DNA of 25,222 nucleotides. Source: a virus (lineage: Duplodnaviria > Caudoviricetes). Below, in pieces: positions 6,894 through 14,125 of this stretch. The notes under the pieces are model-generated. The model did not search any database and was not told the origin of the DNA. It worked only from the letters and a program-made list of their open reading frames with translations. The position numbers were made by a program, and so were the translations under genes. Every line of letters begins with the position of its first letter. The first letter of the stretch is position 1. Location: positions 1 to 25,222 of the IMG/VR virus record IMGVR_UViG_3300048848_000236; one strand, given 5' to 3'.

Positions 6894-8146
6894 TTTACGA
6901 TCCTCAGCGCTGGAGTGGAGTTCGGCTCATCCTCGTCCGGCGTGAGCATCAAGCTCTTCATCTCAGGCGCCCCGACGTTGGGGAGCGGGACAAGGCCCTT
7001 CGCGCTTCCGCCACGTGCTTGGGTGAGTACGTCGCCAATCCTGACCTTGAGCGGCCTTCGCGAGATAGCTGGTCCGAGCCCAAGGAACTCGCCCCGGGCG
7101 AGATCCCGGATCTGCTCGGCTTGCTGCGGCTTCAAGCCAAGCAAGTCGCCCGCGCGGGCGATATCGATGTCGAGGAATGTCCGACCCATGAGGAAGTTGG
7201 ACGCCTCGGCGGCAACGTTCTTGTGGAGCTTCGCCAGCCGCTGCGTGGCCATTACCCCGGCCAGCCCGCGCTTGCGGCCGCGGCACATCAGATTGGTCAT
7301 AGCGAGCAGCGAGGCCTTCCGCACTTCGCGATCCTCACCGTTGTCCGCAGACGGCGCGAACAGCTGCGCCTCGTCGACAAACACGAGGGCAGGGTACCAG
7401 TGTTCGCGAGGCGCATCGAACAAGCCCTCGAGGAAGGCCGCCGTACGATCCATCTGCTGTTCGGCGTCGAGCTCTTCCAAGTTGAGAACGACGGAGCCTC
7501 GATGCTGCCGCACCCGAGCGCCGATGGCGGCCATCTTGTCGCGGTCGTAAGCATCGGCATCGATAACGGTGTGCCCGAAGGTTTCGGCAAGGCTGACAAA
7601 GTCACCTTCGGGATCGATGATCACCTGCTGGATGATGCCGGTGCTCTCCTCGATGACCTTTCGCAGCAAATGGCTTTTGCCGCTCCCGCTGTTCCCCTGA
7701 ACGAGCAGCCGGGTGGTCAGGAGCTCCTCAAGGTCGATCAGAATCTTCCGTCCGGCAGCATCGGTTCCGATCTCGAGAGCATTGTCGCCGGCCGGCTGGA
7801 CGCTCGGCTCGCTAAAAGCAGCAGCCGGCGGAGCTACTGCCTGCGGCCGCGTCGCCGGCGCCGCAGCGACAATCTCTCGAGCCGTAGAACCTGGGGATGG
7901 TAGCGCGGACCCTAATGCGACTGGCTTGGCGCGGCGGACCGGCTCGCGCGCGGCCGCTACCATTGCCTCCGGCTGGGCCGAAGAGTTCTCTCGTAGACCG
8001 ACCTCGCGGCGCCAATGGACGATGTTGTTGACCGAGACGCCGAGGCCGAGGCCGATCTCCGTATCGCTCTGACCGGCATCATAGAGCGCCTGAGCGAGTG
8101 CCTTCTGGATGTCGCCGAAGAAGGTGCGGGGCTGGTGATACATCAC
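6890..8146 (-). CDS. N-terminal HTH fused to a HerA/FtsK-superfamily (DUF87-like) ATPase
   Basis: Walker A GNSGSGKS, IIDPEGDF, Walker B VFVDEAQ, RGRKRGL, ATQR; N-terminal LYDAGQSDTEIG..LGVS...I.HWR. Confidence 0.9.
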   Translation of the reverse strand: MMYHQPRTFFGDIQKALAQALYDAGQSDTEIGLGLGVSVNNIVHWRREVGLRENSSAQPEAMVAAAREPVRRAKPVALGSALPSPGSTAREIVAAAPATRPQAVAPPAAAFSEPSVQPAGDNALEIGTDAAGRKILIDLEELLTTRLLVQGNSGSGKSHLLRKVIEESTGIIQQVIIDPEGDFVSLAETFGHTVIDADAYDRDKMAAIGARVRQHRGSVVLNLEELDAEQQMDRTAAFLEGLFDAPREHWYPALVFVDEAQLFAPSADNGEDREVRKASLLAMTNLMCRGRKRGLAGVMATQRLAKLHKNVAAEASNFLMGRTFLDIDIARAGDLLGLKPQQAEQIRDLARGEFLGLGPAISRRPLKVRIGDVLTQARGGSAKGLVPLPNVGAPEMKSLMLTPDEDEPNSTPALRIVK

Positions 8147-9291
8147 TGCGCCTCCGCTTCCGCATATGCAGCCTTCAGAGCGGTAAGCATCTGATCGTTG
8201 CGCTCCCAGCCGTTCGCCGCGCCAGCCACGGCGGCCTTCCAGCCGGTCATGCCGCTATCGGCGAGCACCGCGCACATCAGCTCGGGATCGATGGGATCAC
8301 CCGCTTTGATGCGCTCCGCAATCAGCGTTCCGAGGCTGTCGAAGATCGACGATGCGCTTGAAAGGATCTGCCCCTCGAAAGCTCGAGCGATGAGCGTCAG
8401 CGCCGTGAGCGCCACCTCCCGGCCGTGGACGCGCATCACCCGCATGATTGCGCCGATGAAGATCACCTCGCCCTGCTTGAGCATCTGCCAAGCCTGATTG
8501 CGGCCGACGCGCAGCCCGGCCTCAGCGACCACCTCGTTGACCGCGATCGCGTTCTCGTCGCCCGCGACAATCGCCGCATGGAAGTCGTCCAGCCGCTGCA
8601 TCGGCCGGCGCGCCCGGTTGGCCTGGACGAAGAGCTCGGCTTCGGCCTCCGGTCCTTGGAAGTCATAGGTAGCGCAAGGGATGAAGGGAATGTCGTCTCG
8701 CAGGCGTGCTCCCTCAACGCGATGTTGGCCGTCAATGACGAAGAGACCCTCGGCCCGGCGGGAGACGATCAAGGGGACACAGAGGCGCCAATCCCAGTCG
8801 ATGGCGATCTTGCGAATGAGCTTCTGGGAGGCGCCATTCTCGATGGAGCGCTGGTAAGTGTCGTCCACCTTGAGGTCGGCTGGCGCATGCCACTCGATTA
8901 CGGGCGGCTTCCCGATCACCGGCCGGGTGCGAACCGGTTCGCGTGCGGCGGGCTTCGAAACCGACGCTACGGCGACGGCCGGGCGCGGTGCCTGCTGTTT
9001 CTGGACTGCGGCTGCAATCACCGGATGGCTGCTGCCGGCGGCGGCAAGCTTCTCCTGCACCTGCCTGGGCGGGCAGGCGAACACCCGGGCATCAAACTCG
9101 AAGATGGCAAAGCCACGTTCAACGCGGACGAGACCATCTCCAGCCTCGATCTCGAAGCTGCCATCGTCGGCGAGCTCGCAGGTCGTCATTCGCTCGACAA
9201 TCCAGTCGGGCGGCTCCTTGCCCGGAGCACAGATCCATATGCGTGACGGGGCGGAACTGGTGGGAGGAGTAGCAAATGCGGTCGCCATCAC
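8143..9291 (-). CDS. ParB/Srx-like (DUF6551-type) protein
   Basis: LKVDDTYQR, IAIDWDW, FVIDGQHR, EAELF..AN; AGGAGG RBS before GTG 9291 / ATG 9288. Confidence 0.85.
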   Translation of the reverse strand: MMATAFATPPTSSAPSRIWICAPGKEPPDWIVERMTTCELADDGSFEIEAGDGLVRVERGFAIFEFDARVFACPPRQVQEKLAAAGSSHPVIAAAVQKQQAPRPAVAVASVSKPAAREPVRTRPVIGKPPVIEWHAPADLKVDDTYQRSIENGASQKLIRKIAIDWDWRLCVPLIVSRRAEGLFVIDGQHRVEGARLRDDIPFIPCATYDFQGPEAEAELFVQANRARRPMQRLDDFHAAIVAGDENAIAVNEVVAEAGLRVGRNQAWQMLKQGEVIFIGAIMRVMRVHGREVALTALTLIARAFEGQILSSASSIFDSLGTLIAERIKAGDPIDPELMCAVLADSGMTGWKAAVAGAANGWERNDQMLTALKAAYAEAEAQ

Positions 9292-9368
9292 GGCCTCCTG
9301 CTTGAGGAAGCAGGATCAGACCGGAGCGATATGGCCGCTCCACGAGACGTCGCATGGTGCGCCGGCAT
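9288..9368 (-). CDS. Putative 26-aa leader ORF of the leftward operon
   Basis: AGGA-CC-ATG at 9368; its stop overlaps the ParB start (GTGA). Confidence 0.35.
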   Translation of the reverse strand: MPAHHATSRGAAISLRSDPASSSRRP

Positions 9369-9418
9369 GGTCCTGCGTCATCAGCGTCTGCGGCCCGGAG
9401 GCGCTCAGCTGATGAGCA

Positions 9419-9461
9419 ATCATGCTATAATCGCATAAGTTGGTCAATCCGCTTTTCGGAT
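9419..9461 (-). promoter_or_regulatory. PL-like promoter with two operator-like palindromes
   Basis: Minus strand TTGACC (9447-9442), 17 bp, CATGAT (9424-9419); ATGCT-N5-CGCAT at 9422-9436 and ATCCG-N5-CGGAT at 9447-9461. Confidence 0.6.
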
Positions 9462-10097
9462 CACCGATGCTTGAGGAGGTGTCCGCTCATCGGCTACATG
9501 CTCGAGAAGCACATCCGTTCGCCGAAGGATGGCTTCCACTCGCCCAATGATGGCAGGTGCGGCACGACCTAAGGGAATGACTTTAGGTTCAACCTCGCCG
9601 GAGACGCTGAGTAGTCTCGCAGGCCCATCTGCGTAGCGAAAAAACTCCGGGGTTTTACCCTTCTCTACAGCGAGATAAAGATCCCCGCTAAACAGATCAG
9701 TCTCTTCTGGATCAACTACGACCCAGTTAGACCCGCGAAGGAAATTATGCGGATCCATGTTGTTGTACTCAACAGCAAACATGCTGTCACCGCCAATCTC
9801 TAAAGGTAGCTCGAAAGCCTGAAAGTCCGACTTACCGACCTCTTTCTCCCATTCCGCGGCTCGTTCTAGCGCGATGAATGGCACTGGCTTGTTGGCGTTT
9901 ATAGCGAACCCTAACGCATCCGAGATCAGGTTCCACTCGTGTACCTTGATCTGCCGGGCGCCTCTAAGAATGTTCGAAACTGCCGATTGATGCAGGCCTA
10001 TGATATCGGCCAGCTCACGCTGGCTCATGCCAATCTCCTGCATCCGAGTGCGAAGGATCTCCAACTGGGTGCTGACATGCTCGACCATGATCCGCAT
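9444..10097 (-). CDS. CI-like repressor: XRE HTH + degenerate S24-like C-terminal domain
   Basis: MSQRELADIIGLHQSAVSNILRGAR; C-terminal VVVDP, GDLY, PARL, IIGRV; divergent from cro. Start may be 10088. Confidence 0.9.
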   Translation of the reverse strand: MRIMVEHVSTQLEILRTRMQEIGMSQRELADIIGLHQSAVSNILRGARQIKVHEWNLISDALGFAINANKPVPFIALERAAEWEKEVGKSDFQAFELPLEIGGDSMFAVEYNNMDPHNFLRGSNWVVVDPEETDLFSGDLYLAVEKGKTPEFFRYADGPARLLSVSGEVEPKVIPLGRAAPAIIGRVEAILRRTDVLLEHVADERTPPQASVIRKAD

Positions 10098-10112
10098 TTG
10101 CCAGATTTGTCC

Positions 10113-10141
10113 TTGCTAGTCTCATACGGAAATCGGATAAT
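10113..10141 (+). promoter_or_regulatory. PR-like promoter with operator
   Basis: TTGCTA (10113-18), 17 bp, GATAAT (10136-41); ATACG-N5-CGGAT at 10124-10138. Confidence 0.65.
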
Positions 10142-10164
10142 GCGGCTGAAGCGAGGAGGATGTC

Positions 10165-10404
10165 GTGTCGGTCGCAATTTCGATCCTTGAAGCACTCGGC
10201 GGCGTCACCACGGTCGCGCGGCTTACCGGAACGCCGATGCAGACAGTGCACTCTTGGAAGCAGAAGGACTCGATCCCCCAGTGGCGGCGGAGAGCACTTC
10301 TCGAACTAGCAATCCGCGCGCGTCATCAGATGGATGCCGACCAGCTCTCATACCTAGCAGGCGGCCGGAAGCCGCGTGGGCGGAACGGCTCGCAGCCAGC
10401 ATGA
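10165..10404 (+). CDS. Cro-like HTH regulator
   Basis: LEALGG.T.VARLTG....TVHSWK....IP.WR; GAGGAGGA RBS; divergent from the CI-like gene. Confidence 0.88.
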   Translation: MSVAISILEALGGVTTVARLTGTPMQTVHSWKQKDSIPQWRRRALLELAIRARHQMDADQLSYLAGGRKPRGRNGSQPA

Positions 10405-10922
10405 GCATGCTCTCCCGCCTGGGCCGGCTGCTCCGCGTGCGACGCGAGCGGATGTTCGTGGATCTGCCGCGGCGAGATCACGGATGGCCACCTGTCGAAA
10501 TTGTCGGAAAGCCGGACCGAACGGAGTTTCCGGCTGGCGCTGTTATTTGGAGCGGCCTTTCCGTGACCGACGACGGCCTCCCAGGTTCAACCGTGCGGAT
10601 TGTGCACAGTGAGTTCGATCCCGCCGCAGTCGTGCAGCCATTTGTCGACCTCCCGGATGGTACGCGGATTACCCGAGCCGGCAATCGTGTTGCGGCCAAG
10701 GACGGTAGAGGGTTCGAAGAGCTCGAAGCTCCCGCCGTCGTAGCGCAGCTTGCAGTTTTCGAAGGTGCAGCCCCGGAACGAGTTCCCGCCGAGGTCGACC
10801 GCCTCCTCTTTGAAGTGCCGATCGACGAAGTCCACCATTCACCCTCTTCAGTCGCTGTTCGCACCACGACTGTAGCCGAAGGGGAGGGGCCGACAAGCCT
10901 CTCCCCCGAGGGCGGACGATGA
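10401..10922 (+). CDS. Putative bridge ORF A
   Basis: ATGA overlaps at both ends; antisense to 10587-10838. Confidence 0.45.
   Translation: MSMLSRLGRLLRVRRERMFVDLPRRDHGWPPVEIVGKPDRTEFPAGAVIWSGLSVTDDGLPGSTVRIVHSEFDPAAVVQPFVDLPDGTRITRAGNRVAAKDGRGFEELEAPAVVAQLAVFEGAAPERVPAEVDRLLFEVPIDEVHHSPSSVAVRTTTVAEGEGPTSLSPEGGR
10587..10838 (-). CDS. Counter-oriented 83-aa protein with pentapeptide/beta-helix-like repeats
   Basis: HFKEEAVDLGGNSFRGCTFENCKLRYDGG; GAAGAGGG RBS; promoter TTGTCG-16-TACAGT (10896-10869). Confidence 0.75.
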   Translation of the reverse strand: MVDFVDRHFKEEAVDLGGNSFRGCTFENCKLRYDGGSFELFEPSTVLGRNTIAGSGNPRTIREVDKWLHDCGGIELTVHNPHG

Positions 10923-10975
10923 GCATGCTCTCCCGTCGGGGCTGGCTGCCCGAAATACAGGGCGCCGCGCGATGA
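10919..10975 (+). CDS. Putative bridge mini-ORF B (18 aa)
   Basis: MSMLSRRGWLPEIQGAAR; ATGA overlaps at both ends. Confidence 0.4.
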   Translation: MSMLSRRGWLPEIQGAAR

Positions 10976-11352
10976 TTGCCTACAGCCTCGCCTTGAGCTT
11001 ATCGAACATGCGGTGGAACTCCGCGACCGTCGCGGTCTCATCGCTTCCTGTCGAAAGCAGATCGCTGATATTGCGCTCCATCGCGCCCTTGATGTGGTCG
11101 ATGTCTGCCGCGTCGAGGGCGCCTTTCGATTTGAGCACCTCGAGGAGCGCCCAAAAGCCGCTCTTGGTGATTTGGTCCGCCATCCATCTTTTCCTTCGTG
11201 TTGACTTCGACCCCAGCAGGATACGCCGGACCCGGGCGTGCGCAAGCGCTCCCCGCGAGGGTGACATTGGTGCTCGCGAGAAGTTCGATCCGCGTCGCGC
11301 CCGACAGCCGGCTACCCGAGTTTTCGCCGGAGATCCGCGAAGTGCTTCGTGA
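10972..11352 (+). CDS. Putative bridge ORF C
   Basis: ATGA start and GTGA end; antisense to 10980-11183. Confidence 0.4.
   Translation: MIAYSLALSLSNMRWNSATVAVSSLPVESRSLILRSIAPLMWSMSAASRAPFDLSTSRSAQKPLLVIWSAIHLFLRVDFDPSRIRRTRACASAPREGDIGAREKFDPRRARQPATRVFAGDPRSAS
10980..11183 (-). CDS. Counter-oriented small helical protein (67 aa)
   Basis: MADQITKSGFWALLEVLKSKGALDAADID; GAAGGA RBS; promoter TTGCGC-16-TATCCT (11245-11218). Confidence 0.75.
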   Translation of the reverse strand: MADQITKSGFWALLEVLKSKGALDAADIDHIKGAMERNISDLLSTGSDETATVAEFHRMFDKLKARL

Positions 11353-11569
11353 GCGAAGCAGTGAGCTGCGCCTGGATGTCGGGCCTGGCACCGGAATCCT
11401 CGATCGACCGCAGCATGAACTCGCTGATCCGGTCGATGGCCTTCGCATCGAGTACACCAGCTGCAGCCATCTCGTTACAAAGGGCGACGGTCCCCATGAT
11501 GGCAGTCGATGCCAGCCCGGCGAGCCCAGCGATGGCAACGTTTCGTTCGCTTTCGTCGGGATCGTCCAA
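11312..11569 (-). CDS. Counter-oriented small helical protein (85 aa)
   Basis: TTG start after GGAGGGGAAGG; ALCNEMAAAGVLDAKAIDRI resembles 10980-11183. Confidence 0.7.
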   Translation of the reverse strand: MDDPDESERNVAIAGLAGLASTAIMGTVALCNEMAAAGVLDAKAIDRISEFMLRSIEDSGARPDIQAQLTASLTKHFADLRRKLG

Positions 11570-11651
11570 CGTCCTTCCCCTCCGCGCTGCTGTGGCGGGC
11601 ATTGTGTTACGCCTAAGCGGCCCAAGCACAAGCACGTCCGGTCAGACGTGA
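11349..11651 (+). CDS. Putative bridge ORF D
   Basis: GTGA overlaps at both ends; antisense to 11312-11569. Confidence 0.4.
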   Translation: MSEAVSCAWMSGLAPESSIDRSMNSLIRSMAFASSTPAAAISLQRATVPMMAVDASPASPAMATFRSLSSGSSNVLPLRAAVAGIVLRLSGPSTSTSGQT

Positions 11652-12232
11652 GACCGCAGCTGCTGCTACGCTTCCTCGGCTTCGAGCTCGATGCAGTCGG
11701 CCAAGGACAGGAGTTCCTGCGCCGCCTTTGCGTCGAGGGCCACGTGCCGCTCAGCGGAAGCTCGCTGAAGCTGCACTGCGATATCGGCCACGCTCGCCCG
11801 GGTGATGGTGCCGCCGCGGTGGAGCCCGCGAACAATCGCCTGGAGAGCCAGGCGTGTGGTGTTGTCCAATCTAACCTCCGAGATTCCCCGACCCGCATCG
11901 TAGCGGGACCCTCGAGCTCGTCTACCGATCCCCGCCGAATTGAAGCGATCTCCAGTAAGCGCTGGTTGTTGGCCCGCTCAGTCATTGCTCGGCACCGACT
12001 CCCGGATCGCATCAAGCATGGTGACCGCTTGATGATAGGGCCTCTCGCTCAGCACGGCGTCAGTCCCATCTTCGATCTGGTCGAGGAAGTAGTGGACGAG
12101 ACAGTTCGGGATCCGGGCTGCTCGCATCGTGTCAGCCAATGCCCCCACAATAATGCCCCACATGGCCATCGTCATCTCGCCGCGTCGGCGCGCTCGCTTG
12201 TCTTTTCCCATGCTGCGGTAGGTAGCCGGTGA
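11648..12232 (+). CDS. Putative bridge ORF E
   Basis: GTGA start; its stop overlaps the cII-like GTG; antisense to two small genes. Confidence 0.4.
   Translation: MRPQLLLRFLGFELDAVGQGQEFLRRLCVEGHVPLSGSSLKLHCDIGHARPGDGAAAVEPANNRLESQACGVVQSNLRDSPTRIVAGPSSSSTDPRRIEAISSKRWLLARSVIARHRLPDRIKHGDRLMIGPLAQHGVSPIFDLVEEVVDETVRDPGCSHRVSQCPHNNAPHGHRHLAASARSLVFSHAAVGSR
11666..11869 (-). CDS. Counter-oriented small helical protein (67 aa)
   Basis: TTG start after GGAGGT; promoter TAGACG-16-TACGAT (11924-11897). Confidence 0.72.
   Translation of the reverse strand: MDNTTRLALQAIVRGLHRGGTITRASVADIAVQLQRASAERHVALDAKAAQELLSLADCIELEAEEA
11978..12211 (-). CDS. Counter-oriented small protein (65-77 aa)
   Basis: Protein-like WGIIVGALADTMRAARIPN...FLDQIE; start uncertain (12211 or 12175). 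Confidence 0.6.
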   Translation of the reverse strand: MGKDKRARRRGEMTMAMWGIIVGALADTMRAARIPNCLVHYFLDQIEDGTDAVLSERPYHQAVTMLDAIRESVPSND

Positions 12233-12696
12233 GCGCGCCGCACATCCACGGCACGCGCCGTACCTTTTCCGCGTCGAAAGCGGTCGAGGCGCAGGGCAAC
12301 GTGCTCAGCGACATCAAGTCGGACGACGAGATCACCTTCAAGGATATGGGGCGTGTGCTCGGCAAGTCCGAGGATCGGGCCGCGATCTACGCCTCCGGTC
12401 TGTCCGCTATCGATCTGCCGACCTTTCTTGCCGGCTGCCACGAGTGGAAGGGCCGGTTCGCGGATCCGCTGCTGTCGCTCGTGGGAGGACGATGGGCCGA
12501 CGCCGGGGCGATCTGCACCGGCGACGAGAAGGCAGCGCTAACGCTCGCGAACCTTCTGCCAGCTGTGATCGCGATTGAAGCCGATGGCTTGACCGAGACG
12601 ACCGAGCTGGCACCGCACGAAACCCTGATCCGCCGCGTCCACGCGCTCACGTCGATGTGGCTGGAGATGATCGCCCAGGACCGGGCCAGCCGATGA
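12229..12696 (+). CDS. CII-like phage regulator (positional call)
   Basis: HTH-like TFKDMGRVLGKSEDRAAIY; lies between cro and the replication genes. Confidence 0.7.
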   Translation: MSAPHIHGTRRTFSASKAVEAQGNVLSDIKSDDEITFKDMGRVLGKSEDRAAIYASGLSAIDLPTFLAGCHEWKGRFADPLLSLVGGRWADAGAICTGDEKAALTLANLLPAVIAIEADGLTETTELAPHETLIRRVHALTSMWLEMIAQDRASR

Positions 12697-14093
12697 ACTT
12701 GGCTGTGCCAATCCGGATCCCGACCGACGTTCCAGCTTCCCTGATGAGCGTTGACAGCGAAGCCGTAATTCTCGCCGCGCTCCTGCGCGACAACACGCGA
12801 GTGGACTCGGTAGCCGACATCCTGGCCGTAGAGGACTTCTCCGAAGACCTGTTCGGCCGCCTCTACTCGACGATCATCGATCTAGTGGCGCAGCGCCGTG
12901 CTGCGAACGCGATGATCGTGGCAGCGCTCTTCCAGGGTGATGCAGCATTCGAATCCGTCGGCGGCCGCGGGTTCCTGATCGACATGGGCGGGAGCTTGGT
13001 GTCGCTGCTCGATGTAACCGGGATCGCGCGGCACCTGCGCGACCTTGCCGTCCGTCGGCGACTGGTCGCACGCATGGCGGAGACCTCGGCGGCGCTTGCC
13101 GACCTCAACCGGCCCATCGACGTGATTATCGCTGAGTACGACGCGGCGGCGAGTGGAGCGGTCGAGCGAACCGACCCTAACCCTTTCAGGGCCGGCGCCG
13201 ACTGCGTCGACGAAGTGGTCGCGAGCTTCGATCGTCCTGTGGTGGGGGTATCCAGTGGCGGTGGCGTTACCGGGATCGACCGCCTGATCGGGGTGATCCG
13301 ACCCGGGTGGCTAGGGATCGTCGCCGGACGCCCCGGGATGGGCAAGACAGCCGCGTTGGTCAGCTACCTGCGCGGGACCGCGGGGCGGGGACACACCTCG
13401 CTGTTCGCGAGCCTGGAAATGACCTGGGAAACGCTCAGCATGCGTCTTGTGGCGGATCACTGCCACGCGATCGGGCAGCCGGTCCCCTTTGACGCAATGA
13501 TGGGTGGCAGGCTCTCCCACGAGCACAAACGCATCATCTGCCGGGCCCGGGACGACATCGCCGCTCTGCCGTTCAAGATCATCGACAAGCGTTGCCACAC
13601 GCTGGGCCAGCTTCGCCGGGCGGTCCGTCGCCGCAAGCGCGAGCTGGCTGTGGCCGGCCGCAAGCTCGAGCTCGTCGTCGTCGACTACCTTCAGCTGCTC
13701 ATGCCCGATCGTCCCGCGAAGTCCGAGTACGACGCGGTGTCCGAGGTGAGCAGGGAGCTGAAGCTGCTCGCGGGTGACGAAGAGGTGGCGGTGATCGCAC
13801 TCTCGCAGCTGAGCCGAAACGTCGAGCAGCGAGCGGACCACCGGCCAGTCCTCGCTGACCTGCGCAGCAGCGGCCAGATCGAGCAGGACGCCGACTTCGT
13901 CGTCTTCCTTCTAAGCGAGGAATACTACCTGCGGAAGGCAGAGCCCGAGGCAGACACCGCCGAGCACGACGCTTGGCGAAGTAAACTCCACAAGGTTGAG
14001 AGCTCGCTCGAGTTCATCTGCGCCAAGCATCGGCACGGCCGCGAGGGTAACTTCTACGGGCGGTTCTACCGCGATTTTCAGGCCGTCCGATGA
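12693..14093 (+). CDS. dnaB: DnaB-like replicative helicase
   Basis: GRPGMGKT, SLEM, VVDYLQL, LSQLSR, DLRSSGQIEQDAD, KHRHG. Confidence 0.96.
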   Translation: MNLAVPIRIPTDVPASLMSVDSEAVILAALLRDNTRVDSVADILAVEDFSEDLFGRLYSTIIDLVAQRRAANAMIVAALFQGDAAFESVGGRGFLIDMGGSLVSLLDVTGIARHLRDLAVRRRLVARMAETSAALADLNRPIDVIIAEYDAAASGAVERTDPNPFRAGADCVDEVVASFDRPVVGVSSGGGVTGIDRLIGVIRPGWLGIVAGRPGMGKTAALVSYLRGTAGRGHTSLFASLEMTWETLSMRLVADHCHAIGQPVPFDAMMGGRLSHEHKRIICRARDDIAALPFKIIDKRCHTLGQLRRAVRRRKRELAVAGRKLELVVVDYLQLLMPDRPAKSEYDAVSEVSRELKLLAGDEEVAVIALSQLSRNVEQRADHRPVLADLRSSGQIEQDADFVVFLLSEEYYLRKAEPEADTAEHDAWRSKLHKVESSLEFICAKHRHGREGNFYGRFYRDFQAVR

Positions 14094-14125
14094 AACGACG
14101 GCACACCCTAGGAGCGACACGATGA
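14090..14125 (+). CDS. Putative 11-aa bridge mini-ORF
   Basis: MKRRHTLGATR; ATGA overlaps with both the dnaB stop and the initiator start. Confidence 0.35.
   Translation: MKRRHTLGATR

Larger units (their letters stand above)
10401..10949 (+). repeat. 31-bp imperfect direct repeat (10401-10431 and 10919-10949)
   Basis: First 17 bp ATGAGCATGCTCTCCCG are identical; 28/31 overall. Confidence 0.9.

Noticed and set aside
6605-7903. 432-aa plus-strand ORF
   Set aside because: In-register shadow of the ATPase gene; not coupled to anything and has no motifs.
10401-12232. CRISPR-like or integron attC-type array in the micro-gene region
   Set aside because: Only one repeat pair exists, with no regular repeat-spacer period and no recurrent attC-like palindromes.
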